Origin: Octopus sinensis
Taxonomy: Eukaryota
Length of the DNA: 64,000 nt
Direction of reading: 5' to 3'
NCBI RefSeq assembly: GCF_006345805.1
Contig: NC_042998.1
Span: 22,320,001-22,384,000 of the forward strand
Positions 1 through 11,779 of this stretch are shown here, in pieces. How positions within the stretch are numbered: position 1 is the first letter of the stretch; every line of letters begins with the position of its first letter. Under the pieces are notes generated by a model. The model searched no databases, was not told the DNA's origin, and was given only the letters and a program-made list of their open reading frames with translations. Made by a program: the position numbers and the translations under genes.

Positions 1-1205
1 GCCAAGCAACAACAACAACAACAGCAGCAGTGGAGGCACAATGGCCCAGTGGTTAGGGCAGCGGACTCGCGGTCGTAAGAACGCGGTTTCGATTCCCAGA
101 CCGGGCATTGTGAGTGTTTATTGAGCAAAAACACTAAGCTTCACGAGGCTGGCGGGGGTTGGTGGCGATCCCTGCTGTACTCTTTTACCACATGGAGCAA
201 GCACAACAACAACAACAGCAGCAGTGGAGGCACAATGGCCCAGTGTTAGGGCAGCGGACTCGCGGTCGTAAGAACGCGGTTTCAATTCCCAGACGGGCAT
301 TGTGAGTGTTTATTGAGCAAAAACACCTAAGCTTCACGAGTCTCTGGCGGGGGTTGGTGGCGATCCCTGCTGTACTCTTTTACCACATGGAGCCAAGCAA
401 CAACACAAAACACAGCAGAGTGGAGGCACAATGGCCCAGTGGTTAGGGCAGCGGACTCGCGGTCGTAAGAACGCGGTTTCGATTCCCAGACCGGGCATTG
501 TGAGTGTTTATTGAGCAAAAACACCTAAGCTTCACGAGGCTCCGGCGGGGGTTGGTGGCGATCCCTGCTGTACTCTTTTCACATGGAGCCAAGCAACAAC
601 AACAACAACAGCAGCAGGGAGGCACAATGGCCCAGTGGTTAGGGCAGCGGACTCGCGGTCGTAAGAACGCGTTTTCAATTCCCAGACCGGGCATTGTGAG
701 TGTTTATTGAGCAAAAACACCTAAGCTTCACGAGTCTCTGGCGGGGGTTGGTGGCGATCCCTGCTGTACTCTTTTACCACATGGAGCCAAGCAACAACAA
801 CAACAACAGCAGCAGTGGAGGCACAATGGCCCAGTGGTTAGGGCAGCGGACTCGCGGTCGTAAGAACGCGGTTTCAATTCCCAGACCGGGCATTGTGAGT
901 GTTTATTGAGCAAAAACACCTAAGCTTCACGAGTCTCTGGCGGGGGTTGGTGGCGATCCCTGCTGTACTCTTTTACCACATGGAGCCAAGCAACAACAAC
1001 AACAACAGCAGCAGTGGAGGCACAATGGCCCAGTGGTTAGGGCAGCGGACTCGCGGTCGTAAGAACGCGGTTTCAATTCCCAGACCGGGCATTGTGAGTG
1101 TTTATTGAGCAAAAACATCTAAGCTTCACGAGTCTCCGGCGGGGGTTGGTGGCGATCCCTGTTGTACTCTTTCACCACAACTTTCTCTCATTCTTTCTTC
1201 CTACT
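1..1205 (+). repeat. Head-to-tail tandem array (6 units, 194-199 bp) of the 5' ~160 bp of tRNA-derived SINE family A plus a (CAA)n(CAG)n flank
   Basis: Units restart at about 31, 225, 421, 617, 816 and 1015 with GGAGGCACAATGGCCCAGTGGTTAGGGCAGCGG. A box TGGCCCAGTGG and B-box-like GGTTTC(G/A)ATTCC are in almost every unit. Same sequence as the dispersed SINE at 12447. Confidence 0.92.
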
Positions 1206-1351
1206 TCTGCCACAAAGCAGAGGAACCATGGTGCAACCCACTATGGTGTGGTAAAATTTCAGACCCTAGTCTAGATTGCGAATCCTCTGTACCCCCAGGA
1301 TGGTTCAGCTCTCCGGTGTATTAGTTTGAGGTTTAGGAAAATGAAAATCTT

Positions 1352-1535
1352 TTTTACGTTTCGAGCCGACGCTCTTCAACAGAAAGGAATAAGAGAAAAT
1401 AAACTGAGAGAGAATGAAAAAAAAAAAAAAAAAAAAAAACTTGTGACCACTAAATGTACAAGATTTTAAAAATTCTCTCTCTCTTTATTTCCTCTTATTC
1501 CTTTCTGTTGAGGAGCATAGGCTCGAAACGTAAAA
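1352..1535. repeat. Inverted repeat (~64-bp arms) with a hammerhead-like motif in each arm; probable Penelope-type pLTR relic
   Basis: 1352-1415 is the approximate reverse complement of 1472-1535. The right arm reads TTT CTGTTGA G GAGC ATAG GCTC GAAA CG TA AAA. Confidence 0.6.
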
Positions 1536-1595
1536 TACTTTTTCATTTTCCCGAGCGTCAAACAAACACACATATATGTACACCCACACACACAT

Positions 1596-1629
<34 letters not shown>

Positions 1630-1829
1630 CCACCACCACTAGCAGCAGCAGTCAGGTTTGGCTTGCTAAGAATTTCCAATTAACCTTTGTGTTATCCTGC
1701 AAACAAACACTTAGCCAGAGTCTTGTTTCCGCTCCATTCATTGAAGGTTGTCTGTCCACAAATGTCTTTGACAGCCTGTTGCACTCTCCCCTCACTCATT
1801 TCCTGTCAGAGCGGTTTTGGGCAATGACT

Positions 1830-2420
1830 CACAGCGCATCCTCAAAGATGGTGACAATGTACAAGTGAATGGCTAGATGGATTCTGAGAACTTTCAGAAC
1901 AAAGGTCTAGGAAGCTATGCTGGTTCTATGGAGGACATTCTTCCTAGCCGTGTGACTGATGCTTTCAACTATGATCACCCCACGATGTCAAATTAATAGT
2001 GGAACTCAAAGCAGTTCAGTGGTGCTACACTAGGGAGATTGCATCGATAGAACAGCTGAGCTACTGGGAAAGATTGAAAGGCTTACGACTCTAATCTTTG
2101 GAGCAAAGATGGGAGTGATATGCAGTGATATACATACGGAAGGTCTTAGAGGAGTTGACACCAAACTTTGTTTCCGGAGTTAAACCAGACCCGAGCTGGA
2201 CGTCACTGCCCTGTTACAAAGGTCCTGCCCATTCCATCTAGAGTAAGGACCAGGTACGGCAATATTTTGTGATTCAAAGGCTCACAACCATTTAATATCT
2301 TGTAAAAAGATCTGAGGGATCTAGATGGAATGGTAACAGGTGTAACAACTTGGCCTTCTAATGTTCAAGTTTCCAGTTGAACCTACATCACAGCAAGGGA
2401 CTTGAAAGAGGGCAGCAATA
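1830..2420 (+). mobile_element. Degenerate CR1/L2-type LINE 3' fragment (RT C-terminus)
   Basis: Broken frames give WILRTFRT..MLVLWRTF and LSYWERLKGLRL*SLEQRWE*YAVIYIRKVLEEL, matching the CR1-type C-terminal motif Y.ERL..L.L.SLE.RR. Confidence 0.75.
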
Positions 2421-2556
2421 TCTAACACCCTAATTCACCAAAAACCAATCACAAGAGAATGGCCATTGAAAAGATGATAATATAGGCAAAGCCCCAGCAT
2501 GGCCACAGATTTTGTGTTGAAACGTATAACCGATTAAAGAAAAGTATATATATTTA

Positions 2557-3750
2557 TTAGGCTGAGCAAAGAGTAAGCGACGTTTGGAAACATGAAATTT
2601 ATCACAATATATTTCAAAATGCGGAAATTTTATTCAGCAAAGTACCATTAGGATCAACACATTTTTGCCAACGAGTTACAAGTTTGTTTATTCCGGTAAC
2701 ATAAGAATCTGGAGTTCTGGAGCTGATGAGCTCTTTGAACGCACTTTCAACATCAGTTTGATTTTTGAACTCCTCTCGCAGGAAACTATCAAGGTACTTG
2801 AAAAAGTGGCAGTCGGTGGGAGAAAGGTCTGGGGAATAAGTTGTGTGGGTAAGAACTTCGTAGCCGAGTTACCTTAACTTTTGGAGCGTCATTATTGAAA
2901 GGTGTGGCAAAGCATTATCATGAAGAATGATTGGCCTTCTTTTGTTGACCAGTATGGAGCAGAGGAGTAACAGTTTTTCGTTCATTTTAGTAACTTCATG
3001 GCAATATGTTTCTGCAGTAATTGTTTTTCCGGGTTTTAAGAAGTTATCGTGGATGAGTCCAGCAGTGCACCATCAAACCGTTACCATAACCTTCTTTTTG
3101 AAGAGTTCTGGTTTAGGGGAGGTTTCCAGTCCTTCATTTTGATCGAACTACTGCGAAGAACGTTTTTTATTATTGTACAGAGTCCACTTTTCATCGCAAG
3201 TTACAACACGGTCTAGAAATGGATCGGTTTCCTTACAAAGAAGCGACGAGCAAATTTCATATCTGCGCATTTTCTAATTTTCATTCAAATCGTGTGGTAC
3301 CCATTTGTTGAGCTTTTTTGATTTTCCGATCGCATGCAAATGGTTGCAGGCAGATTTCTGGCTAACCTGAAGTTCTTTTGCCAGTTCTCGAGTGGTTTTG
3401 CGTGGATCTTTTTCAACAACGATTTTCAATTGACCGTCATCGATGACAGATGGGCGTCCACAACGCTCACGATCTTCAAGGCTCAGTTCTCCACTGTCAA
3501 ATCATTTAAACCATTTTCGAGTTGACCACTCAGTAGTCATTTCCTCATCAAACGTTTTGTGATATCGCGAGCAGTTTCAGTTACTTTACGTCCTTTTCTG
3601 AAGTCGAATAGCAAAATTACTCGAATATCACGCTTTGACAATTCCATTTCGGATTATTGTAGCAACGGTGAAAAAAGTATCAATGTTAATTTAGTGATGA
3701 ATTTGGGCAAGTCTGTGCATGAATTAAAGTATCAACTAGAGATTTCATTA
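2557..3750 (-). mobile_element. Mariner (D,D34D) transposon relic, transposase pseudogene about 3647 to 2640
   Basis: Minus strand gives MELSKRDIRVILLFDFRKG...WFK*FDSGELSLEDRERCGRP (HTH), FLDRVVTCDEKW, YSPDLSPTDCHFF and GINKLVTRWQKCV. TIR-like TA-TTAGGCTGAGC at 2555. Stops and frameshifts present. Confidence 0.9.
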
Positions 3751-3829
3751 CCTTCGTGCGCTCAGGACAGCGGATCCGCTTCAAGAAGAACAACATACTT
3801 CTTGTGAGCAATGAAAAATGGAACGGTTA

Positions 3830-4440
3830 TTGGGAGGTAACTGCAGATTTACCAGAGTGCCAGGGACTCTTTCCCATCCCAGTTATGAGAAAACTAGACA
3901 TTTTAATGTGCTGTGAATGAAAGAAAGTTGTGAATCTAGTCGAGTTAATGGTTCCTCATGAAGATAACATAGACGCAGCTCGGGTTCGAAAGACTGACTG
4001 TTACGTAAACCTCCTCGAGGAATGTGAAGACGCAGGCTGGAAAGTGGAGCATTTTCCCATCGAAGTCGGATGTAGAGGGTTTGTTGGACACAGTGTGAGA
4101 CGACCGTTGTTATGGTTAGGCCTAACTTATCGTAAAGTAACTACCACCGTGACCGATATCCAAACTACGGTGGAGAAGGCTAGCCACTGGATTTAGTTAA
4201 AAAAAAAACGATGAGCGATGACTAGGGGAATATTGAGCTATATTTAACAACCAGTTGATCTAGCAAGTGGGGCCTCATATCAGTGAGGATGTTGGGGTGG
4301 CAGTGCGCATTGATGCTGTCGAGAGGTAGGCCTCGAAACGGCGCACATTCTCTCCTGATGACCTCATACACTTGCTGGCTTTCGGTATGCGGAATTCTCG
4401 ACTGATAGCACTTGCGTATTCAAGTTGTTTGCAAAACATC
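3830..4440 (+). mobile_element. 3' fragment of RLE-type non-LTR retrotransposon (HERO-like) with 3' UTR
   Basis: ORF 3930-4196 has VELMVPHEDNIDAARVRK...CEDAGWKVEHFPIEVGCRGF, matching the ELTVP..E/PVEVGCRGF restriction-like endonuclease motifs. Confidence 0.8.
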
Positions 4441-4562
4441 AATGGCAAAAAAAAAATGTTTAAAAAAAATTCAAAACTCTGCAAAAATCTGGTACAAATT
4501 CTTCGCGGGTAAAACGTTGTTTACTTTTAACTCAACCTTATATATATATATATATATATAAA

Positions 4563-4780
4563 CATGAGGGAGTGATGAAAAGTTCTTGGTATCGGGCAAA
4601 AGAATATACAGGAGGATCAGTTATGATTTCATCCAAAATATTCCCTTCTCAGATTCACAGTTATTGCAGCGGTCCTTCAGTTCTTCTAAGCCCAGAAAAA
4701 AGAACTCGGAAGATTCCGCCTCTAACTAAGCCTTTCACGATACCCTTACAGCCAGAAACTTTTCAGCCCCACCACTCGTG
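4563..4780. mobile_element. Mariner-derived MITE (~220 bp)
   Basis: Imperfect ~30-bp TIRs (GAGGGAGTGATGAAAAGTTCTTGG / CCAGAAACTTTTCAGCCCC..CTCG). Homologous copy at 59347-59566. Confidence 0.65.
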
Positions 4781-4849
4781 TATATCACGGTATCGACCAG
4801 AATATATTTAAGGTGTTATGCATCGCTGTTCACAATGCGCTTTGCACTG

Positions 4850-5072
4850 TTTTAACTTTCGAATAATGCCACTCGGCTGGCGAGGTGAGTAGGCCAACGT
4901 TGGCCCCTCGAGTGGGGCACCAGTCCGTTGCTCATTTGAAATTGCGTGGACTGGATCAACGTGAAAGGAAGTGTTTTGCTTAAGAACGTAATGTGCAGTC
5001 GGTCTGGGAATCGAAACCTCGACCTAATGATAGAAAATGCAACACCCCCTAACCACAAGGCCACGCACCTTC
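4850..5072 (-). mobile_element. Old tRNA-derived SINE related to family A
   Basis: Minus strand has an A-box-like GTGGCCTTGTGGTTAGG and B-box-like GGTTTCGATTCC, followed by TTAAGCAAAACACTT..CCAGTCCAC. Confidence 0.7.
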
Positions 5073-5179
5073 ACACACACACGTGTGTGTGTTTAAATGT
5101 GTGTTTGTGTGTGTTTAAATACGTTTGTATGTGTGTGTATGTATGCGCGTATGTGTGTTCAAATGTGTGTTTGTATGTA

Positions 5180-5229
<50 letters not shown>

Positions 5230-5231
<2 letters not shown>

Positions 5232-5394
5232 CGCAGGAGTGGCTGTGTGGTAAGTAGCTTGTTTACCAGCCACATGGTTCCGGGTTCAGTCCCACTGCGT
5301 GGCACCTTGGGCAAGTGTGTTCTACTATAGCCTCGGGCCGACCAAAGCCTTGTGAGTGGATTTGGTAGACGGAAACTGAAAGAAGCCCGTCGTA

Positions 5395-5458
<64 letters not shown>

Positions 5459-5708
5459 TATATATATATATATATATGCGTGTGTGTGTTTGTGTGAGTG
5501 TGTTTGTCCCCCTAGCATTGCTTGACAACCGATGCTGGTGTGTTTATGTCCTCGTTACTTAGCGGTTCGGCAAAAGAGACCGATAGAATAAGTACTGTTC
5601 TTACAAAAGAATAAGTCCAAGGGTCGAGTTGCTCGATTAAAGGCGGTGCTCCAGCATGGCCGCAGTCAAATGACTGAAACAAGTAAAAGAGTAAAAGAGT
5701 AAAGAGTA
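5230..5708 (+). mobile_element. Full-length tRNA-derived SINE family C with internal (TA)n/(TG)n and (GTAAAAGA)n tail
   Basis: Head GGCGCAGGAGTGGCTGTGTGGTAAG...GGTTCAGTCCC, conserved body and GAGTAAAA tail; at least 15 homologous copies in the window. Confidence 0.9.
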
Positions 5709-6318
5709 ATATATATATATATGCGTGTGTGTAGAACTTGCACCTATGTATATCGGTGAATGATATAAACATCTGGGAGTAAGAAAAAAAAATAATGGTA
5801 CTTTTCGAACGAAGTTCCTTGTGATACTTGTACTGCACCAAGTTAAGCAGACACTCCTTTGTCATTTTTGCATTCGACAACACCGTGAAACAGTGATTGG
5901 CTCGTTGGAACCCTGTAAGCTACAGTGATATTATTTACTAATTACAGTATAAGATTAAGACCAGAATCAGGTGCAGTGCTTATTACTTTCACAGACGTTG
6001 TACGAAAGCGAGATAGAAATATAATTACATTTCAGTATGAACATGTGCAATTGAATGTTTACTGGAAATATGAAAGATTGAATTCCAGGGGATTGACATG
6101 CTGGAAGAGGAAGGATTGGGTATTGTGTACGACATGGTGTTGGGAATACAGTAGGAGAGTGGCGATAGAATGAAAGCGTTTTGTTGGATGAGGGTGTTTT
6201 GAGGAAATGATGGCGCTAATCAGTTCCCTAGAGCAGAGGCTGTTGTAATTGAGGAAGGCTGAGAAAAGAGAATGCACGTCCATGTGGAGAAATTGCTTTT
6301 TGTTTTGGTGACAGTGTT

Positions 6319-6319
<1 letters not shown>

Positions 6320-6360
<41 letters not shown>

Positions 6361-6413
6361 TGTGAGTGTGAATGTGTGTGTATGTGTATGAGTGTGCGTG
6401 TGTATGTGTGTGA

Positions 6414-6452
<39 letters not shown>

Positions 6453-7012
6453 TGTGTGAGTGTGTGTGTGAGTGTGTGTGAGTGTGTGAGTGTGTGTGTG
6501 AGTGTGTGTGAGTGTGTGTGTGTGTTGTGTGTGTGTGTGTGTGTGTGAGTGTGTGTGTGTGTATGTGTATGAGTGTGCGTGTGTTGTGTGTGAGTAGTGT
6601 GTGTGTGTGTGGTGTGTGTGTGTGTGTGTGAGTGTGTGAGTGTGTGTGAGTGTGTGTGTGAATGTGTGTGAGTGTGTGTGAGTGTGTGTGAGTGTATGAG
6701 TGTGTGTTTGTGTGAGTGTGAATGTGTGTGTATGTGTATGAGTGTGCGTGTGTATGTGTGTGAGTATGTGTGTGTGTGTGTGTGTATGTGTGTGAGTATG
6801 TGTGTTAGTATGTGTGAGTGTGTATGTCTGAGTGTGTGTGTATAAGCGTGTGTGAGTGTGTGTGTGAGTGTATGTGTGAGTAAGAGTGTGTGTGCGTGTG
6901 TATGTATGTGTGAGTGTGTGTGTATGTGTGTGTGTATGAGTGTGTGAGTGTGTGGTGTATGTGCGTGAGTGAGTGTGTGTGAGTGTGTGAGTGTATGTGT
7001 ATGTGTGTGTGT
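6320..7012. repeat. Compound (TG)n/(TGAG)/(TATG) microsatellite, ~690 bp
   Basis: Direct reading; source of the poly-TH ORF. Confidence 0.97.
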
Positions 7013-7019
7013 AAGTGAT

Positions 7020-7345
7020 GAAAGAGCGTAGCTTCGTGGTTCGGGTATTCAGCTCACGATCGCAAGGTCCTGATTTCAATTCCCGGCTACACGTTATTTA
7101 CTTGAGCAAGACACTTCATTTCCCGTTACTCCAGTCCACTCAGCTGGTAAAATTGAGTTGTTCCTATATTTCAAAGGGCCAGCCTCGTCACACCCTTTGT
7201 CACGCTCGAATCTCTCCGGGAACTTCGTCAAGGGTATCCTTTGTCTGCGGAGTACTCAGCCACTTGCATATTAATTTCACAAGCAGGCTGTTCCATTGGT
7301 GAGGTCAACTGGAACCTGCGTCGTCGTGAATGACGGAGTGCCAGG
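7020..7345 (+). mobile_element. Diverged tRNA-derived SINE (family A-like 3' end)
   Basis: tRNA-like head, central TTGAGCAAGACACTTCA..CCAGTCCACTCAGCTGG, 3' end AATTTCACAAGCAGGCTGTTCC..GACGGAGTGCC shared with 12447. Confidence 0.75.
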
Positions 7346-7608
7346 AAAAATGCGTGTGCCAATGTGCGTGTGTGTCACTGTATATGTGTGTGCGTGTATA
7401 AATGTGAGTGTATGTGTGTGAATGTGTGTGTATGTGTAGTAGTAGTAGTAGTAGCAGCAGCCGTTCAAGAATTCGGACCTGGAGATCTCCATTTCCAGCG
7501 ACCAAAGTTTTTTTCCCCAAGGTCTGGGGTCCCCCGCTCTAAGCCCTAGACCATCACTTAATCACCCTTACCCGTCTTGTAGCTTAACAACAACAACAAC
7601 AACAACAA

Positions 7609-7651
<43 letters not shown>

Positions 7652-8614
7652 TAGTAGTAGCGGTACTGCTTCAGGTATGACAGCCGTGCTCCATTATATG
7701 ATTTTGTAGAGGATCAGCTGATGATTAGAATGGAAGTATTGTCTTATCCTGAAGAAGAAAGCTTTTTTTATTGTGGTACAGTTTTAGCTATGCTACCTTT
7801 AGGTCGGATCGTCAGGAAAAATAGTCAGATATTGTGAGACCCAGCATGTGCAATGATTTGGGGAAAGCCTAATTGCCAGTTGTCCAAACAAGAGAAAATT
7901 AAGTACCCAATTGTCTTTTATATATATATGAGTAGTAATTGGGCTTTATACAGTTGAAAGCCTTTTCATCATTCATTTTCAATCGGGGTCAGCATGACCC
8001 GTTGGGGTTTATACAAGATTTTGTTATTGAAACTTATGTGCAATAAGTTGGTTATATTCCTGATAATATTTAATCGTAAAAATGTAATAGGATTTTTTAA
8101 ATCGTAGAACGGCGATAAGGGTCCATTCCGGTAAAATAGAGATCAAAGGGGTCCATAGGTAACAATGGTTGGGAACCACTTATCTAGATTGTTATGTTCC
8201 CATTAGAGGGGTTTTATGAGGCGTCTTTTAATGGGCGCAATGCATGTTTGATGTTAGGTGTCTACGTTACTCGTGTGATAGAAGTTATAGAGAAGCAAAG
8301 AGTAGTGTACTCTGTAAGAAGTGAATTTTATTTGAAATGACAGAAAGTAGCTCGTTAACTGGTTAATGTACAGAATGAAGTGTGGGAGACACTTCTGAAT
8401 CTTGAAGAATACCTCAGCGGATGGAGAATGATACAATCAGGCACCCGTCTGTGCATGCTTCAACAATGCGATCCTATAGGAAGCTAATCGTCCCAAGAGG
8501 TGAGAAACGCATGGAGCCCCCAGAGAGGCAGAAACGATAGGAGATTCTCGTGTCAGACACGGGTAAGGGGTTTACTAATGTCAATGTTGCTCTGAAGCAC
8601 GTCAAAGACAATGG

Positions 8615-10215
8615 GTATTGTTTGAGGTACGTTCGAACCGGTGAACAAGCTGCTCACTGCATCTTGTCACGGAAACTATTACCTGTTTGTTGACAAATGG
8701 TGTGTATATACCTATATCAGCTCGCAGCACCGTCTATCCAGACCGTGAGATGCAAGCATTCAGGAGTAGTTATCTCTTCTTCGGTCTCGGACACCGGACA
8801 GGCGGCGCTGCGAGTTGATTAAAGAAATTAATTCTCTTATTCTTTTCCAGTTGACACACGGCGACTGACAGCGCTGTGCCGCAGCTCACCGTAAGTAAAT
8901 TACAGAGGGGGAGCGCTAAGCAGTGATAAGTGAAATTGCAATGTTATTATTATCTGAACGGATATGCTTGAGGCACGTTCGAACCGGTGAACAAGCTGCT
9001 CACTGCGTTTTGTCATAGAAAATGGATCTTTACCTTTTGACCTACAGATTAAAAAAAATTATTTTTTGTAACTAAACACTTTCAAACTTCGGACACTGGT
9101 AGAATGTGTCGTATAAAACATCTTTTACTCTTAGCATTTTTGAGAAAAACTTATATTTACGAAGTTATTTCACGTTAAAGTTCTTGTATTTCCGTAATTT
9201 CAACCAATCAATGACGTGTATTCAGCTGAATAAAATTACTGCTGGTGTTTGTCAACAAGAACTTCCGGCGGTGTATATTTCGTTTGTCACTGTTATTTAT
9301 GACAACCCTAACTCTAACACCCTAACCCTAAAATCCTAACACAAACCATAAAACCTTAAAGCTAAACCCAGTACAAACGAACGAACGATGTCATAAATAA
9401 CAGTGACAAACGAAAAATACACCACCAGAAGTTCTTGTTGACAAACAATAGCAGTAATTTTATTCAGCTGAATACAGGCCATTGATTGGTTGAAATTACC
9501 AAAATAGGACTACTTTAACGTGAAATAACTTCGTAAATATAAGTTTTTCTCAAAAATTCTAAGAGTAAAAGATGTTTTATATGACACATTCTACCAGTGT
9601 CCGAAGTTTGAAAGTGTTTAGTTACAAAAAAATATCTTTTAAATCTGTAGGTCAAAAGGTAAAGATCCTGGAAAATATATCCCGTTTTTTTTTTGACAAA
9701 TGTTGTGTATACACATATATCACGATCTGAGTAGATGGCGCTGCGAGCTGATATAGGTGTATACATACCATTTGTCAACAAATGGAATATATTTTTCCGT
9801 AACAAAACGGAGTGAGTATCTTGTTCACCGATTCGAACGTGCCTCAAGCACATTCGTTCTGATAACATTGCAGTTTTATTTATCACTGCTTAGCGCTCCC
9901 CCTGTGTAACTTACTGGGTGTCGCCAAATGGCGCTGCCAGGCGCCGTATGGCAACTGGAAAAGCATAAGAGAATTAGTCTATTCAATCAGATCGTAGCGC
10001 CGTCTGCCTGGTGTTCGTTACTGAAGAGGCGATAACTACTCCGAAATGCTTGCATCTTGCGGTCTGGGTAGGTGGCGCTGCGAGCTGATATATTTTTCGT
10101 GACAAAACGCAGTGAGTAGCTTGTTCACCGGTTCGAACGTGCCTCAAGTATATTCGGACTGATAAGATCTTTGCAATTTTGCTTATCATTACTTAGGGCA
10201 CCCCCCATCTGTAAT
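8615..10215. mobile_element. ~1.6-kb foldback element with internally tandem-repeated arms and a (CCCTAA)-like loop
   Basis: About 9020-9304 pairs with 9389-9670 at high identity. Subunit TTGAGGCACGTTCGAACCGGTGAACAAGC occurs at about 8622 and 8968 (+) and about 9820 and 10120 (-). Loop 9305-9388 has degenerate CCCTAA repeats. Confidence 0.85.
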
Positions 10216-10769
10216 TTATGAGGATTGGTTACATTGAGGACGAGCAGGGACATTCTTAAAAGAAAGGTTGCACGCATCAGATTAGGTATCTTGGATGGGT
10301 CAGAGGTAAAGCACATTTGCTGCCAAAGATAACCTAGCGTAAAAGTAGGTAAGTGAGACTGGGTTTACGGCGTACAAGTGATAATGATTGTATTGATAAG
10401 TTGCCTTCGGCAGCAATCAGGAGATCCGATATTTGCATAGACGGTGGTAGTTTGGTAAAAGCAGGTGAGAAGAAGATTAAGTGTATTGGGAAAATGTGTG
10501 TGTGTGCGTGGAATAGATGCGAGTGGGGGTAGAATGCTGTCGTTGCAGATAGTTCGGAATGGTAAATTATTCTGTTTCTATGACAGTAGGGTTGATGTGG
10601 GAAGGAGTGCATGCGCCAAGATGAATTATTGATCATCGAGGAAGACGATGTGCTTAGAGATAAATGTCTTTGACATAGGATGAGAGCTAATGGTTGCTGA
10701 AGGAATACGGAGATGGGTAGAAACATTGTATGACTTAAAGGAATAACAACTCTGGGTTATTACAGAGAT

Positions 10770-10935
10770 GTACTTGCATAGCAAGTGACTTGATCTGAGA
10801 TCGCGTGCTGAAACAAAAACAATTGCAGTGTAGAAGACGTTTATAAGCCATTTAAGAACACACACACACACACACGCGCACACACATACACACACACACG
10901 CACACACACACACACACGCACACACACACACACAC

Positions 10936-10969
<34 letters not shown>

Positions 10970-11110
10970 ACACACACACAAAACCGTTAGAATCACTTCA
11001 ACATTTAAATTTAATTTGTGTCAAAATATTTTCGTCGCTTTGAAACCGCGACCTGTTACAGACAACACCTCGTGCCGCATCTCAGGATGCGACGAAAATA
11101 TTTTGAAATA
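10770..11110. repeat. Dispersed repeat (homolog at 31533-31706, partial inverted copy at about 11556-11615) with internal (CA)n expansion
   Basis: GTACTTGCATAGCAAGTGAC...AAAATATTTTCGTCGCTTTGA.ACCGCGACCTGTT is shared between the loci. Confidence 0.8.
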
Positions 11111-11122
11111 AATTAGATTTAA

Positions 11123-11293
11123 GGAGCAGGAGTGGCTGTGTGGTAAGTAGCTTGCTAACCAACCACATGGTTCCGGGTTCAGTCCCACTGCGTGGCATCT
11201 TGGGCAAGTGTCTTCTGATATAGCCCCGGCCCGACCAATGCTTTGTGAGTGGATTTGGTAGACGGAAACTGAAAGAAGCCTGTCGTATATATG

Positions 11294-11324
<31 letters not shown>

Positions 11325-11538
11325 GTTTGTGTGTCTGTGTTTGTCCCCCTAGCATTGCTTGACAACCGATGCTGGTGTGTTTACGTCCCCGTCACTTGGC
11401 GGTTCGGCAAAAGAGACTGATAGAATAAGTACTGGGCTTACAAAGAATAAGTCCCGGGGTCGATTTGCTCGACTAAAGGCGATGCTCCAGCATGACCGCA
11501 GTCAAATGACTGAAACAAGTAAAAGAGTAAAAGAGTAA
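11123..11538 (+). mobile_element. Full-length SINE family C
   Basis: Same head, body and tail as 5230-5708. Confidence 0.9.
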
Positions 11539-11779
11539 ATGTTGAGGTAAATCTAACGTTTTTTTTTTTTTTGCGTGTTCTTAAATGGCTTATAAACATT
11601 TTCCACGCTGCACTGACTTTGAGTTAGGGTAATTGAAAGTGAATTGGATGTCCAGACGCTTCTCTCCTGGAGTGGTTCCATAATAGTCGTTTGCAAGTTT
11701 ACAGAACTACCAAAAGAGTAAGCATCCAAAGCGAGGATGAATAGGGAAGAAAAAAGTTTATTAGACGGAGAGAAGAGAA

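Noticed and set aside
31-110. tRNA genes at SINE heads (also 12447, 36836, 63840)
   Set aside because: A/B boxes are present but the cloverleaf is incomplete and each continues into a SINE body.
1-1205. CRISPR-like or polyQ-coding array
   Set aside because: Whole units repeat with no unique spacers; the polyQ/N frames come from a (CAA)n tract and are frame-inconsistent between units.
4305-4348. Hammerhead in the HERO-like 3' UTR (CTGTCGA GAGG TAGG CCTC GAAAC)
   Set aside because: Core mismatch, and no stem III/UH between GAAAC and the closing stem; it folds as a simple hairpin.
9305-9388. Interstitial telomere
   Set aside because: Short, highly degenerate and confined to the loop of a foldback element.
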